NCBI GenBank assembly: GCA_002269645.1
Contig: NIVC01001697.1
Span: forward strand, 184,638 to 248,637
Direction: 5' to 3'
Source: Macrostomum lignano
Taxonomy: Eukaryota
Length of the DNA stretch: 64,000 bases
The translations under genes and the position numbers were made by a program. A model generated the notes under the pieces. It was not told where the DNA came from, made no database searches, and saw only the letters and a list, made by a program, of their open reading frames with translations. Positions 24,800 to 37,819 of this stretch are shown piece after piece (positions within the stretch are counted from its first letter, which is position 1; each line of letters opens with the position of its first letter).

Positions 24800-27779
24800 A
24801 ACTAGGCTTATAGATTTGCTAAGCTTTTGTCTTTAGGCCCTAGTATTAAAAATGATGTGCATTAAATACAATGTGAATAGTTGATAATATTTGGTATAAC
24901 TGCTATGGCCTACTGCTTATGGAGAGCTACATATGGGTGCTTTTTCTTTAGTTTAGTCAAATATTTCACAATGAAACTAGCTAGGATCGATGTCTACTTT
25001 TGAAGAACCATGTCACTTTGAATTGTTGAGAGCCTAATTGTCTACAAAACTAAAAAAATGTAAAAAAATTAGTCCCCTAATATTAACTAGCGAACTTTGC
25101 CTGAAAAGGCTTTGAGGGTTAACAAAAATGCTAAAGTGGGTACAAAAAAAGATCAGTAAATGTAACAGTCGTTCCTAATTAAAAATTTATAAGCCAGACT
25201 GGTGAATCTATAGAATATAAGGTGGTAAGAGAAAAAAAAGTTATATTCTTAGAATCAACCATTTTAATTTTAACACTTTTATTACGTAGAAAAACAATAC
25301 TACCTAATTTTAATAATAGGTTAAGTATATTAATGTAAATCGGTATTTCAGATTGCACTAATTACTCAGAGTCAATTGTTAACTAAGATTTAAAAGTATT
25401 TTTATCTGTCAACTAAAATAGAGTTTTCTTTTTTAACTTATAGCGCAGGGCTCAAGTTGTGCAAGCAAGTTTGTCGTCCTTGAGTAAATGCGGCGCCATG
25501 TAGTTTAAGCTGTGTTGTGCCGCTGAGGGCAGGCCATAGCGTTTCGCAATTGCCAATAGTCATAGGCAATTAATATGACTAGGCTTAATAAGAAAAGCAA
25601 AAAAAGTATATTTTTACACCTAATAATAGGCACTTCAGTGAGAAAATTAAATTTCAGAAATTGTTATAGGCTGCTATTTCACTAGATAGATCTTACTTTC
25701 CCATTTCCAAAATGGCCAAACTTTAGTGATTTGGTTGAGTAATAAGGAAACTACAGCTATTTTAGTAACCCCGATTTGTGCCTTTAGCCAATGGAATTTT
25801 TACATTACGGTTTGTGATCATTTTTGGCCAAAAAGTTGGCTTTTTGTCTTTGAACACTTGTAATTAATTTTCTAGCCAACCAAAATGACTGTGCTTGGTG
25901 TCATTTTGTTCAGTTTTTTAGTGTTAATTGTATGAATTATATATTTTAATATTATTTTATATGCCCAAGTTGCTAAGCTAATTGAAACAGGATGGGTGTA
26001 TGAAATTTTGACTATTTTAACCAGATACGCAATGATTGCAATTTTAAAAATACAATAGCATCTGTTCTGCTTGCTTAATTTATACAAGGCTAGTGTCATT
26101 TTGTTCAGGTTTTTACCTACTATAATACTATTCTACTTCTTGCCCTAAATTTTTAATGCATGACAGACACCCCAACTGCAATGTAATGTGCTGTACAGGC
26201 TTTGCGCATGGGTTTATTAAAAAACGGTTTTGCCTATCGTGTTCAGCATAGCAGAATTAGTTAAATGACACAGAGAACTAGTTTGCCGGAAGGCAGAGTC
26301 TCACAAAAAACACGAAATACACGTTTCAATGGGTATTTTACATGTAAACGTATCAAAAAAAGAAACCTCCACAAAATTTTTGCGCCTATAGCTATTGGCA
26401 AGCGGTTTTTTTTACTGTGCTTGTATTGTCAATAGGTAATGAAAAATATAAAGAGAAACAATGCAGGAAAAGGATTTCATGGAAAATTTTGGATTTGAAA
26501 TTTTGCATAGAGCCATATGGGCATTAAAAGAAAAAAAAATTTTTTTTAACACCAGAAAAATGTTTCTAAATTATCCCTTTACACTATAAAACCTTTGTTT
26601 CCATTATAAGAAACACATTGCAGCTAAGAAAAAGCATTTTCTGAACCACTGTTTTTTTATTCATTTTGGCTTCAATTTTATATTCCTCCTAAAAAATGGT
26701 CAACTTTAAAAATAGACAGTGCAAAAAGTATAACAAAGCTAGACTTGCAGTTGGTGTCATTTGAAAGAGCTCCTTTTTACCTTTTAAATGCATATTTTAC
26801 TTTCATCCTGTCTTCTATAGTTTCTTTAAAATCGCCCTTGAAAAATTGGACTTTTTTCTTACTTTTTTGCCATTGGCACGCACTTCTTATAACTCACTGA
26901 AGTCCCTACTAATAATAATAATATAATTTAATAAATTATTCTAGTGATAGTTAAAATTAAAGTCAGTATTTCCCATCACCAATATTTTTTTACTTTTTGA
27001 TAGAATCTCTTTGGACTTTAGTATTGTTTGATTGAATATGAACAATTATTTTAATATTTAGGCCTACTATTTGACCTTTTGGCTTTAACTAAATATTATA
27101 ATTAGGCCCATTATTCCTAATTTATTAATTAGCTATTTTTTCTAGTTTTACTTTTAGCCTAAGCTAGGGCTTATGTGAACCATTTAATTGTATATTGGGC
27201 TTCTTTCCAGTCCATTGTCTGTTTCATCATAGTTAGGCCTAGGCCCAGGGAAATCTAAATCTTCAATTCAATATTTAATATAGAATAAATGTAGAAAAAA
27301 ATTAGCCTTAGCATAAATGCCTAATATAACTTGTAAGAATAGATAGAAAATGAATTGGGATAAATGGCTGGCATAAAAATAACTACATATGTTTTTTCTT
27401 CTCACAGTGTTACAAGTTGGGCACTATAATAGGGTCTATGACAATTGACTTGTCTCAGTTTGATTGCCTTTGCCATAAATTTGACTGTCAGCCAGTGTTA
27501 GGCAATTCAAATGCCAACAAAATGACCAGACAAAATAAGCTAGAATATATTTAACTTAAGCTTTGACTAGGCCTCTGATGTCACAAATCCAGTTGCCAAT
27601 GGCTTTTTTAGGTAGCCAGTAGCTACCGTATGGCCTAAAAAACCCAGAGTTAAATATCTTAATAGTCCAATGCTTTGAATGAATAAATAACTATGGTTTA
27701 AACTTTGTTCCCATGTTTTAGCCTTTCTAATAATATTTTATTGTTTAATTACTCAGTCATTTAGGTGCCATTAAAGTAC

Positions 27780-29278
27780 TTACATGGGGGACTTGAAAGT
27801 CTGGGTTTGATTCCCAATCCCCCTGGAACAATTTGTGTCCTTTTAGCAAGACACTTAACTCTGCACTGCTTCAGTTTAGCCAGCTGTAAAATGGGTGCCA
27901 GCATTAGCTGGGGTAATTGAGGAGGGAGTACGAGATCTGCTAGCCAAAGTTTGCTTGCCGAAATCTGCTAGCCGAAATCTGCTAGACAAAATCTGCTAGC
28001 CGAAGTTTGCTAGCCGAAATCCGCTAGCCGAAATCTGCTAGCCGAAATCTGCTAGCCGAAGTTTGCTAGCCGAAATCTGCTAGCCGAAGTTTGCTAGCCG
28101 AAATCTGCTAGCCGAAGTTTGCTAGCCGAAATGTGCTAGCCGAAATCTGCTAGCCGAAGTTTGCTAGCCGAAATGTGCTAGCCGAAATCTGCTAGCCGAA
28201 GTTTGCTAGCCGAAATCTGCTAGCCGAAGTTTGCTAGCCGAAATCCGCTAGCCGAAATCTGCTAGCCGAAATCTGCTAGCCGAAGTTTGCTAGCCGAAAT
28301 GTGCTAGCCGAAGTTTGCTAGCCAAAATCCGCTAGCCGAAATCTGCTAGCTGAAATCTGCTAGCCGAAATGTGCTAGCTGAAGTTTGCTAGCCGAAATCT
28401 GCTAGCCGAAATCTGCTAGCCGAAGTTTGCTAGCCGAAATCCGCTAGCCGAAATCCGCTAGCCGAAATCTGCTAGCCAAAGTTTGCTAGCCGAAATCTGC
28501 TAGCCAAAATCTGCTAGCTGAAATCTGCTAGCCGAAATCTGCTAGCCGAAGTTTGCTAGCCGAAATGTGCTAGCCGAAGTTTGCTAGCCAAAATCCGCTA
28601 GCCGAAATCTGCTAGCCGAAATCTGCTAGCTGAAATCTGCTAGCCGAAATGTGCTAGCTGAAGTTTGCTAGCCGAAATCTGCTAGCCGAAATCTGCTAGC
28701 TGAAATCTGCTAGCCGAAGTTTGCTAGCAGGAATTTTGCTAGCGAGGATTTTGCTAGCCGAAATCTGCTAGCAGGAATTTTGCTAGCTGCCTTGCTCTCG
28801 TAGCTGTTGCATGTTATTTGCTGTTTTTTTGATTCCGATTTGAGCTGCTTTGATTCGTACGAGTAAATATATAACTTATATACCATATACTGCCATTACC
28901 AGCCATTGAGACTGAAAGTTGTGTGTATAGATAAGTTTAAATTTAACTACCTGAACTACAGCTGCCTGAGCTACCTGAACTACGGCCTTACAGCTGATAA
29001 TGCTATAAAACATTATCAAATGTCTACGAGTAAAATAGGACAAAAAATTATAAATGATTTTGACGGTTTCCTATCGTCAAAATTTCGTACATTTCGGCTA
29101 GCAGATTTCCTGCTAGCAAATTTCATAGACCCAATTGAGGCTGCATGTGGCGACCCCCCAGTCCTTGGACTGAACAGCTGTATGCTATGCAGCCTTCAGA
29201 TGCGCGGCGCAATAGCTGCTGCTGAGCTATCGGTTGCACATATGGTCTAATTGGGGCAGGTGTAATCAATTATTATTA
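27780..29278 (+). mobile_element. SINE family A copy split into 27780-27922 and 29133-29278 by a TIR element
   Basis: Both halves align collinearly with the intact copy at 58336-58611 (caagacact.aactctgca.tgcttcagtt...gtaaaatgggtgccagca.tagctggggtaattgagg | gtggcgaccccccagtcctt.gactgaacagc...ttggggcaggtgtaat). Confidence 0.85.
27924..29132. mobile_element. Foldback/MULE-like non-autonomous TIR element carrying a 14-bp tandem array (ctgctagccgaaat, ~27936-28780)
   Basis: Ends GGGAGTACGAGATCTGCTAGC versus revcomp GGGTCTATGAAATTTGCTAGC (16/21 match). Flanked by AATTGAGG(A/C), an 8-9-bp TSD. Inverted copies of the 14-mer occur in the right arm. Confidence 0.75.
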
Positions 29279-29453
29279 AAAATTAAAAATTGGTTAGTAC
29301 TTAATAGCTTTCAAATAATAATTTCAGAGATAGGACTTAATTGCTTACTCTGCAAGAATCATATGCATTAGTTCATTTTCAAACTTATTTTTTGGATAAG
29401 ACAGTTTAAAGAGGACTAAATTCGTCTAGTGCAAAATAGCATTTCATTAACAG

Positions 29454-32400
29454 TTGGTATTCGCCCCACTTACCCAACTGCAGGCGACGCCAAGTTCCAG
29501 CAGTGGCTCAAGCGCCTCCGCCGCTGTCAGCGTGAACTGGCTGAATTGCCTTGCATCAAAGAGAGTCATTCGGTCTGTCTGCCTGGCACTGATGGCCTTC
29601 ATGGGCCTGTGGCTGCTGCATAATTGGTTTCGGTCATCTCAATCTATGCTGGGCCCAGTCACGTGGACCAAGTACAATGCCGATCCAGTGCCAGTTGCCA
29701 TGGCGACAACAGCGGCGGCAAGGCCAACTAGGCCAACGAATACGACAGCCTCCGAGCTGGCGGACCCGGCCTCTCTAGCCAGCCGACTGGCCAAATCCAA
29801 TTTGCCTGCGTGTCCCGAGGACCCGCCCGGCCTGTTGGGGAATAAAATCCCCGTGAAATCTGACCCGAGTTTGGCTCCTACCTGGGCCGAACTGCAGTCT
29901 ACCCTGTCCTACGTCAGGCACGGCGGTTGCCAACCGGAACACTGCGTTGCTAGGCAACGAGTTGCCATTATTGTGCCGTATAGGAATCGGGATCCGCACC
30001 TGAGACTGCTGATGTCGAGTCTGCATCCGGTGCTGCGCAGGCAACAGCTCGACTATCGAATATTTGTCGTTGAACAGGCGGGCACCACGCGATTCAACCG
30101 AGGCCTGCTGTTCAATATTGGATTCGTTGAGTCGGCCAAGATATTCCCGGCCTACTGTTACATATTTCACGATGTGGACTTGCTGCCTGAGAATGATCAC
30201 AATATGTATCGGTTAGTGCCAGCTGCTGCTTCATCTGATTTTCATTGCATTCCATTCTGTCTGAACCCTGACACTTACATCAATGCCCTGACACTAATAT
30301 CTATACCCTAACACTTGCATCAATACCTTGACACTAATATTCATACCCTGACACTTATATTCATACCCTGACACTTATATCCATACCCTGACACTTATAT
30401 TCATACCCTGACACTTACATTCATACCCTGACACTTACACTCATACCCTGACACTTACATTCATACCCTGACACTTACATTCATACCCTGACACTTACAT
30501 CCATACCCTGACACTTTTATCCATACCCTGACACTTTTATCCATACCCTGACACTTATATCCATACCCTGACACTTATATTCATACCCTGACACTTATAT
30601 TCATACCCTGACACTTATATCCATACCCTGACACTTATATTCATACCCTGACACTTACATTTAATTTTACGACCTATCCATTCCCAAACAAAGTCGCACG
30701 GCCGGTGTAAGTTCAGAGGTTGCGCATGTCACACATACCCACTTCATTTTCTTTTCAACTGCGTCTATGCCATTCTCAGGCATTTTAATGGCCTTCATTT
30801 AAACAAAACAAGTTGCAGTCGTCTCGTATTGCGCAGTTGAAAATTCGCATTAATTAAGTCTAAGTTCAGTAGCTAATGCGATAATTGCAGCAAGCCTGCA
30901 TTTTGATGGCACTTGCTGAGGTCTACTTGATGAGATTTTGAATAGCAACTAGCTACAATTTTAATTTCCTAATTCGTATTGCAGCTGCGGCGCCAACCCG
31001 CGCCATCTTGGCGCCGAGATCAGCAGCTTCGGCTACAAACTGCCCTACGGCGCCTATTTTGGCGGCGCCTGCGCCCTCACGGCCGAACAGTACCGGAAAA
31101 TGAACGGCTTCCCAAATATTTACTTCGGCTGGGGCGCCGAGGACGACGATTTTGGCTTCCGCGTGGCCTGGGCCGGCTATAAGGTGGCCCGCTACCCGCC
31201 CGGCATCGCCAGGTACAAGATGATCAAGCACAACAGGGATGCTCACAATGAAGCCGACCCGAAGCGGTGAGTGCCCCGCCTGTAATTAGCTGTAGTCCTG
31301 TATCCTAGATCCCAGATCCCAGATCCTAGATCCCAGATCCTAGATCCCAGATCCTAGATCCTAGATCCCAGATCCTAGATCCCAGATCCTAGATCCCAGA
31401 TCCCAGATCCTAGATCTCAGATCCTAGATCCCAGATCCCAGATCCTAGATCCCAGATCCTAGATCCCAGATCCTAGATCCCAGATCCTAGATCCCAGATC
31501 CCAGATCCTAGATCTCAGATCCTAGATCCCAGATCCTAGATCCCAGATCCTAGATCCCAGATCCTAGATCCCAGATCCTAGATCCCAGATCCTAGATCCC
31601 AGATCCTAGATCCCAGATCCCAGATCCTAGATCTCAGATCCTAGATCCCAGATCCTAGATCCCAGATCCTAGATCCCAGATCCTAGATCCCAGATCCTAG
31701 ATCCCAGATCCTAGATCCCAGATCCTAGATCCCAGATCCTAGATCCTAGATCCCAGATCCTAGATCCCAGATCCTAGATCCCAGATCCTAGATCCCAGAT
31801 CCTAGATCCCAGATCCTAGATCCCAGATCCTAGATCCCAGTTCCTGGATCCCAGATCCTGGATCCCAGATCCTAGATCCCAGATCCTAGATCCCAGATCC
31901 TAGATCCCAGATCCTAGATCCCAGATCCTAGATCCCAGATCCTAGATCCCAGTTCCTGGATCCCAGATCCTAGATCCTAGATCCCAGATCCTAGATCCCA
32001 GTTCCTGGATCCCAGATCCTAGATCCCAGATCCTAGATCCTAGATCCCAGATCCTAGATCCCAGATCCCAGATCCTAGATCCTAGATCCCAGATCCCAGA
32101 TCCCAGATCCTAGATCCTAGATCCTAGATCCTAGATCCCAGATCCTAGATCCCAGATCCCAGTTCCTGGATCCCAGATCCTAGATACCAGATCCTAGATC
32201 CCAGATCCCAGTTCCTGGATCCCAGATCCTAGATACCAGATCCTAGATCCTAGATCCCAGATCCTAGATCCCAGATCCTAGATCCCAGATCCCAGTTCCT
32301 GGATCCTAGATACCAGATCGCAGATTCCAGATCCAAGATCTCAGATCATTGATCTCAGATCCTTTATTCTAGGTCGCAGGTTCATGATCCTGGATCCCTA

Positions 32401-32867
32401 TTCCCAGATTCTTAGACCTGAAATCCCAAAGATCACATTTTTTGAAATCCCATTTCTTCGAATAGATCCTACGGCATATGATAAAACCAATCCTGAGATT
32501 TCGGCTTCGAAATATTCCTTTGCAGCTTGAATTCCATAATTATTTGTAGAAGTTCTGATTAAGATTAGATCTTGAAATATCTCTAAGGCAACATAATAAC
32601 CTCAAGTTTTCAATTAAAATAACAAGTTGTCACACTGCTTTCACTTGCCCCAGAATCAAGTACCTGGAACAGAGTAAGAAGCGCTGGAAAGAGGACGGCT
32701 TAAACAGCATGCAGTACAATGTGATTGGTGTGCAAGATCGCCAGCTTGTGTACTTTATCTCTGTGGAAATTTCCGAGGAGGCAATCCGGCGTCGAGCTGT
32801 AAGTGCTGCTAGTTTTATTATATTCATATTTTATGTCGAGGGAAGTGACCTTTTATTTCAGGCTTAG
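29454..32867 (+). CDS. B4GALT: Beta-1,4-galactosyltransferase / beta-1,4-GalNAc-transferase family (GT7); exons 29454-30211, 30985-31266, 32654-32798, 32862-32867
   Basis: Type II signal anchor, then RVAIIVPYRNR..HL, FNRGLLFNIGF, CYIFHDVDLLPEND, PRHL..KLPY..YFGG, MNGFPNIYFGWGAEDDD, RYKMIKH, DGLNSMQY. Phase-2 GT-AG introns are consistent. The paralog cannot be assigned. Confidence 0.92.
30283..30660. repeat. 20-bp minisatellite (cataccctgacacttatatt) in a GT7 intron
   Basis: About 18 tandem units. Confidence 0.93.
31305..32345. repeat. 7-bp satellite (agatcct/agatccc) in a GT7 intron
   Basis: About 145 units. Confidence 0.96.
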
Positions 32868-32887
32868 GCCATGCTTCGGGCAGTCTC

Positions 32888-33957
32888 TAGGTCACGTGAT
32901 CGACTATTTAGTTAGTCTACTAGGTCACGTGATTCACTAATTAGCTAGTCTAGATCATGTGATTCACTAATTAGCTAGTCTGGATCATGTGATTCACTAA
33001 TTAGCTAGTCTAGATCATGTGATTCACTAATTAGCTAGTCTGGATCATGTGATTCACTAATTAGCTAGTCTAGATCATGTGATTCACTAATTAGCTAGTC
33101 TGGATCGTGTGATTCACTAATTAGCTAGTCTAGATCATGTGATTCACTATTTAGCTAGTCTAGATCATGTGATTCACTAATTAGCTAGTCTAGATCATGT
33201 GATTCACTAATTAGCTAGTCTAGATCATGTGATTCACTAATTAGCTAGTCTAGATCATGTGATTCACTAATTAGCTAGTCTAGATCATGTGATTCACTAA
33301 TTAGCTAGTCTAGATCATGTGATTCACTAATTAGCTAGTCTGGGTCATGTGATTCACTAATTAGCTAGTCTGGATCATGTGATTCACTAATTAGCTAGTC
33401 TAGGTCATGTGATTCACTAATTAGCTAATCTAGATCATGTGATTCACTAATTAGCTAGTCTAGATCATTTGATTCACTAATTAGCTAGTCTAGATCATGT
33501 GATTCACTAATTAGCTAGTCTAGATCATGTGATTCACTAATTAGCTAGTCTGGATCATGTGATTCACTAATTAGCTAGTCTGGGTCATGTGATTCACTAA
33601 TTAGCTAATCTAGATCATGTGATTCACTAATTAGCTAGTCTAGATCATGTGATTCACTAATTAGCTAGTCTAGATCATGTGATTCACTAATTAGCTAGTC
33701 TAGATCATGTGATTCACTAATTAGCTAGTCTGGGTCATGTGATTCACTAATTAGCTAGTCTGGATCATGTGATTCACTAATTAGCTAGTCTAGATCATGT
33801 GATTCACTAATTAGCTAGTCTGGATCATGTGATTCACTAATTAGCTAGTCTGGGTCATGTGATTCACTAATTAGCTAATCTAGATCATGTGATTCACTAA
33901 TTAGCTAGTCTGGGTCACGTGATTCACTAATTAGCTAATCTAGATCACGTGATCGAC
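32888..33957. repeat. 30-bp palindrome-rich minisatellite (tagatcatgtgattcactaattagctagtc)
   Basis: About 35 highly homogeneous units starting ~20 bp after the GT7 stop codon. Confidence 0.96.
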
Positions 33958-34668
33958 AATTGTTAACTGAACTTGCTTTTTAACTCACCTGTTATCTATA
34001 GCGTAATATGAATACATCGCTTTTATTGCCCTAACACAGCATCTCACCTGAGGTTGCTTCGATGTGGCCGCTCAAAATGAAACTCAAGCGAAACGCCAAT
34101 GACGTATTTGCTTCTCAATTCGTGCTCCGTTTTCTTCTGCATAGTTTAGTGCTGATGCATCAAAGCATTATTAATTTTTTTCCTGCGAACGCGGTTTTGT
34201 ACTTCATTAAACTTCATCATTACTGTGCGTGCCTACTTCAGGTTTTTTATTCTTTGACGTTCCAATTTTTTCCTCCTACGATATTACATTAGAACTTTTA
34301 TGAATTTGTTCTGACAAAAAAATTAAGTATTTTTTTATTTAACAATTCCAATCTATTATTCCACAATAGACTCGTATATATGCTACTCTTTTATAGTGGC
34401 CTTTGAATCTGTGCTAACTTTTTTACTTAACTTATATACTCGTATATATACATCAGAAATTGACACATTAATATACATTTTTAAATATATTTAACCTATA
34501 TATTTGTTTAACGTTGTTTATTTATTACAAGACGCGTTGACCCTGATCTCATAAGTAGGTCCCAGGCTCACCTTTAGACCTGTTGAAATTTAAATTGTCA
34601 TTGAAACGTCTTTTGAATCGCCTGAACTATCAGTTCCGCTTTTTTTCATCACGAAATCTAAAATTTAC

Positions 34669-35765
34669 GAGACCCAGCTTCATCACACCTAAACTAAACA
34701 TTAGACCCAGCTTGATCACACCTAAACTAAACATTAGACCCAGCTTGATCACACCTAAACTAAACATTAGACCCAGCTTGATCACACCTAAACTAAACAT
34801 TAGACCCAGCTTGATCACACCTAAACTAAACATTAGACCCAGCTTGATCACACCTAAACTAAACATTAGACCCAGCTTGATCACACCTAAACTAAACATT
34901 AGACCCAGCTTCATCGCACCTAAACTAAACATTAGACCCAGCTTCATCGCACCTAAACTAAACATTAGACCCAGCTTCATCGCACCTAAACTAAACATTA
35001 GACCCAGCTTCATTACACCTAAACTAAACATTAGACCCAGCTTTATTACACCTAAACTAAACATTAGACCCAGCTTGATCACACCTAGACTAAACATTAG
35101 ACCCAGCTTTATTACACCTAGACTAAACATTAGACCCAGCTTGATCACACCTAGACTAAACATTAGACCCAGCTTGATCACACCTAGACTAAACATTAGA
35201 CCCAGCTTGATCACACCTAAACTAAACATTAGACCCAGCTTCATTACACCTAAACTAAACATTAGACCCAGCTTCATTACACCTAAACTAAACATTAGAC
35301 CCAGCTTCATTACACCTAAACTAAACATTAGACCCAGCTTGATCACACCTAAACTAAACATTAGACCCAGCTTCATTACACCTAAACTAAACATTAGACC
35401 CAGCTTCATCACACCTAAACTAAACATTAGACCCAGCTTCATTACACCTAAACTAAACATTAGACCCAGCTTCATTACACCTAAACTAAACATTAGACCC
35501 AGCTTCATTACACCTGAACTATACATAAGACCCAGCTTCATCACACCTAGACTAAACATTAGACCCAGCTTCATCGCACCTGAACTACATTAGACCCAGC
35601 TTCATCACACCTAAACTATACATAAGACCCAGCTTCATCACACCTAAACTATACATAAGACCCAGCTTCATCACACCTGAACTATACATAAGACCCAGCT
35701 TCATCACACCTAAACTACATTAGACCCGGCTTCATCACACCTGAACTGCATTAGACCCAGATTCA
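34669..35765. repeat. 33-bp minisatellite (agacccagcttcatcacacctaaactaaacatt)
   Basis: About 33 units; explains the RPSLITPKLNI ORF. Confidence 0.96.
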
Positions 35766-36054
35766 TCACACAAACTAAATTAAACCTAGACTTAACAAGA
35801 CCTAAATTTCACATGAACAAAACTTCATTAGACCGTAACTTGAAGACTTGGACTTCATAGTAAACTACCATCATAATAACTAGACTTTATAAGATCTCAT
35901 AAACTTCCAATTACTAAATATTTTTATCTTAATACTTCTGTTTTGAGGTTAATATTTTAATTAACAATGCCACAATCAACACTGATAAAGTTTAGGCGTT
36001 ATGAAAAAGGATGTTTGGAAATTTTTAGGCGATGTGAAATTCCTTTCTTGAGCA

Positions 36055-37242
36055 GGGAGCATGAGAATTGCCCATCGAGATTTGCCCGCTGAGATTTGCC
36101 CGCACTGCTTTTACATGTAGTTTACAGAGATTTACATGTAGTTTACAGAAATTTACATGTAGTTTACAGAGATTTACATGTTAGTTTGCAGAAATTTACA
36201 TCTAGTTTACAGAGATTTACATGTAGTTTACAGAGATTTGCATGTAGTTTACAGAAATTTACATGTAGTTTACAGAGATTTACATGTAGTTTAAAGAGAT
36301 TTACATGTATAGTTTACAGAGATTTACATGTAGTTTAAAGAGATTTACATGTAGTTTACAGAGATTTAGATGTAGTTTAAAGAGATTTACATGTAGTTTA
36401 CAGAGATTTACATGTAGTTTAAAGAGATTTACATGTAGTTTAAAGAGATTTACATGTAGTTTACAGAGATTTACATGTAGTTTACAGAGATTTACATGTA
36501 GTTTAAAGAGATTTACATGTATAGTTTACAGAGATTTACATGTAGTTTAAAGAGATTTACATGTAGTTTAAAGAGATTTACATGTAGTTTGCAGAGATTT
36601 ACATGTAGTCTACAGAGATTCACATGTAGTTTACAGAGATTTACATGTAGTTTACAGAGATTTACATGTAGTTTACAGAGATTTACATGTAGTTTACAGA
36701 AATTTACATGTAGTTTACAGAGATTTACATGTAGTTTGCAGAGATTCACATGTAGTTTACAGAGATTTACATGTAGTTTACAGAGATTTACATGTAGTTT
36801 ACAGAGATTCACATGTAGTTTACAGAGATTCACATGTAGTTTACAGAGATTTACATGTAGTTTACAGATATTTACATGTAGTTTACAGAGATTTACATGT
36901 AGTTTACAGATTTACATGTAGTTTACAGAGATTTACATGTAGTTTGCAGAGATTTACATGTAGTTTACAGATTTACATGTAGTTTACATAGATTTACATG
37001 TAGTTTGCAGAGATTTACATGTAGGGGACAAAGCGACATGTCATTTGCATGACTTAATAATGAAAATCTGCGAGAAAATATGCATTTGATAAGCTGTTAC
37101 TATCGAAACGTTTTGATCGGGCAAACCCTTTATTAAAACTTACCAAGAATTGGGAGGCAATGCATACAAAATCTGCCATATGTGGCTAAATGCGCTGTAG
37201 GAAAAAGCATTGCGGGCAATTCTCATATTGGCCCCAGATTCG
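36055..37242. mobile_element. Putative second foldback/MULE-like TIR element carrying a 21-bp array (tttacatgtagtttacagaga, ~36110-37022)
   Basis: ATGAGAATTGCCC (36061-36073) is inverted at 37214-37226, with further partial inverted similarity. TTTCTTGAGCA directly repeats at 36044-36054 and 37243-37253. The left end GGGAG resembles that of the 27924 element. Confidence 0.6.
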
Positions 37243-37487
37243 TTTCTTGAGCAACCATTTTTTACAGCTGAGATTCTTCTTTTCCCATAAAAGTAACTTC
37301 ATATAATTGTTTTAATCCTAATCTTGCTGCGAACTATCCCATTGCACTTTCCTCTTCATCCCCGATCCAGTGTATATTTTCATGTTGTTTTTGGACTTGA
37401 CTTGGGTTCCCCGAGGTTTGATGGGATCTCGATCGGCTTTTCGGGTCTGGGTAGCAACAAGCCCAGCCAATCAGAAAGGTGGGCTAT

Positions 37488-37665
37488 AGCAATTAACGCC
37501 CTTGAGGGCCAGCCCCCAAGGCACAGTGAAGTGTACATGCCTAACGATAATTAAAGTTCGGGCCGCGCTGTACACTCCTGTGTGAGTGTGTGCCTGTGCG
37601 TATGACTGCGTACGTATCCGCGCGCTTGTTGCGCCTGCTCAGGGGAGTCGGCGGATTCCCTGCAT
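37488..37665 (+). repeat. Second copy of the central ~170 bp of SINE family B in a different sequence context
   Basis: caattaacg.cctt...ccccaaggcacagtgaagtgtacatgcctaacgataa...ctgtacactcctgtgtgagtgtgtgcctg...cctgctcaggggagtcggcgga is shared with ~14190-14340. Confidence 0.8.
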
Positions 37666-37819
37666 GGCCACCGGCAGTCTGAGCATCTGATGTGTTCAAC
37701 TTTTCGAGGCAGAAACCCAGCGTTTAATACTACTAAGAGTATCAGATAGCAAATTTTCACTCAGTTGAAGTGATTGCGAGCTTATACATGCAGTTATAAG
37801 GCAAATCGGGTCAGATAAT

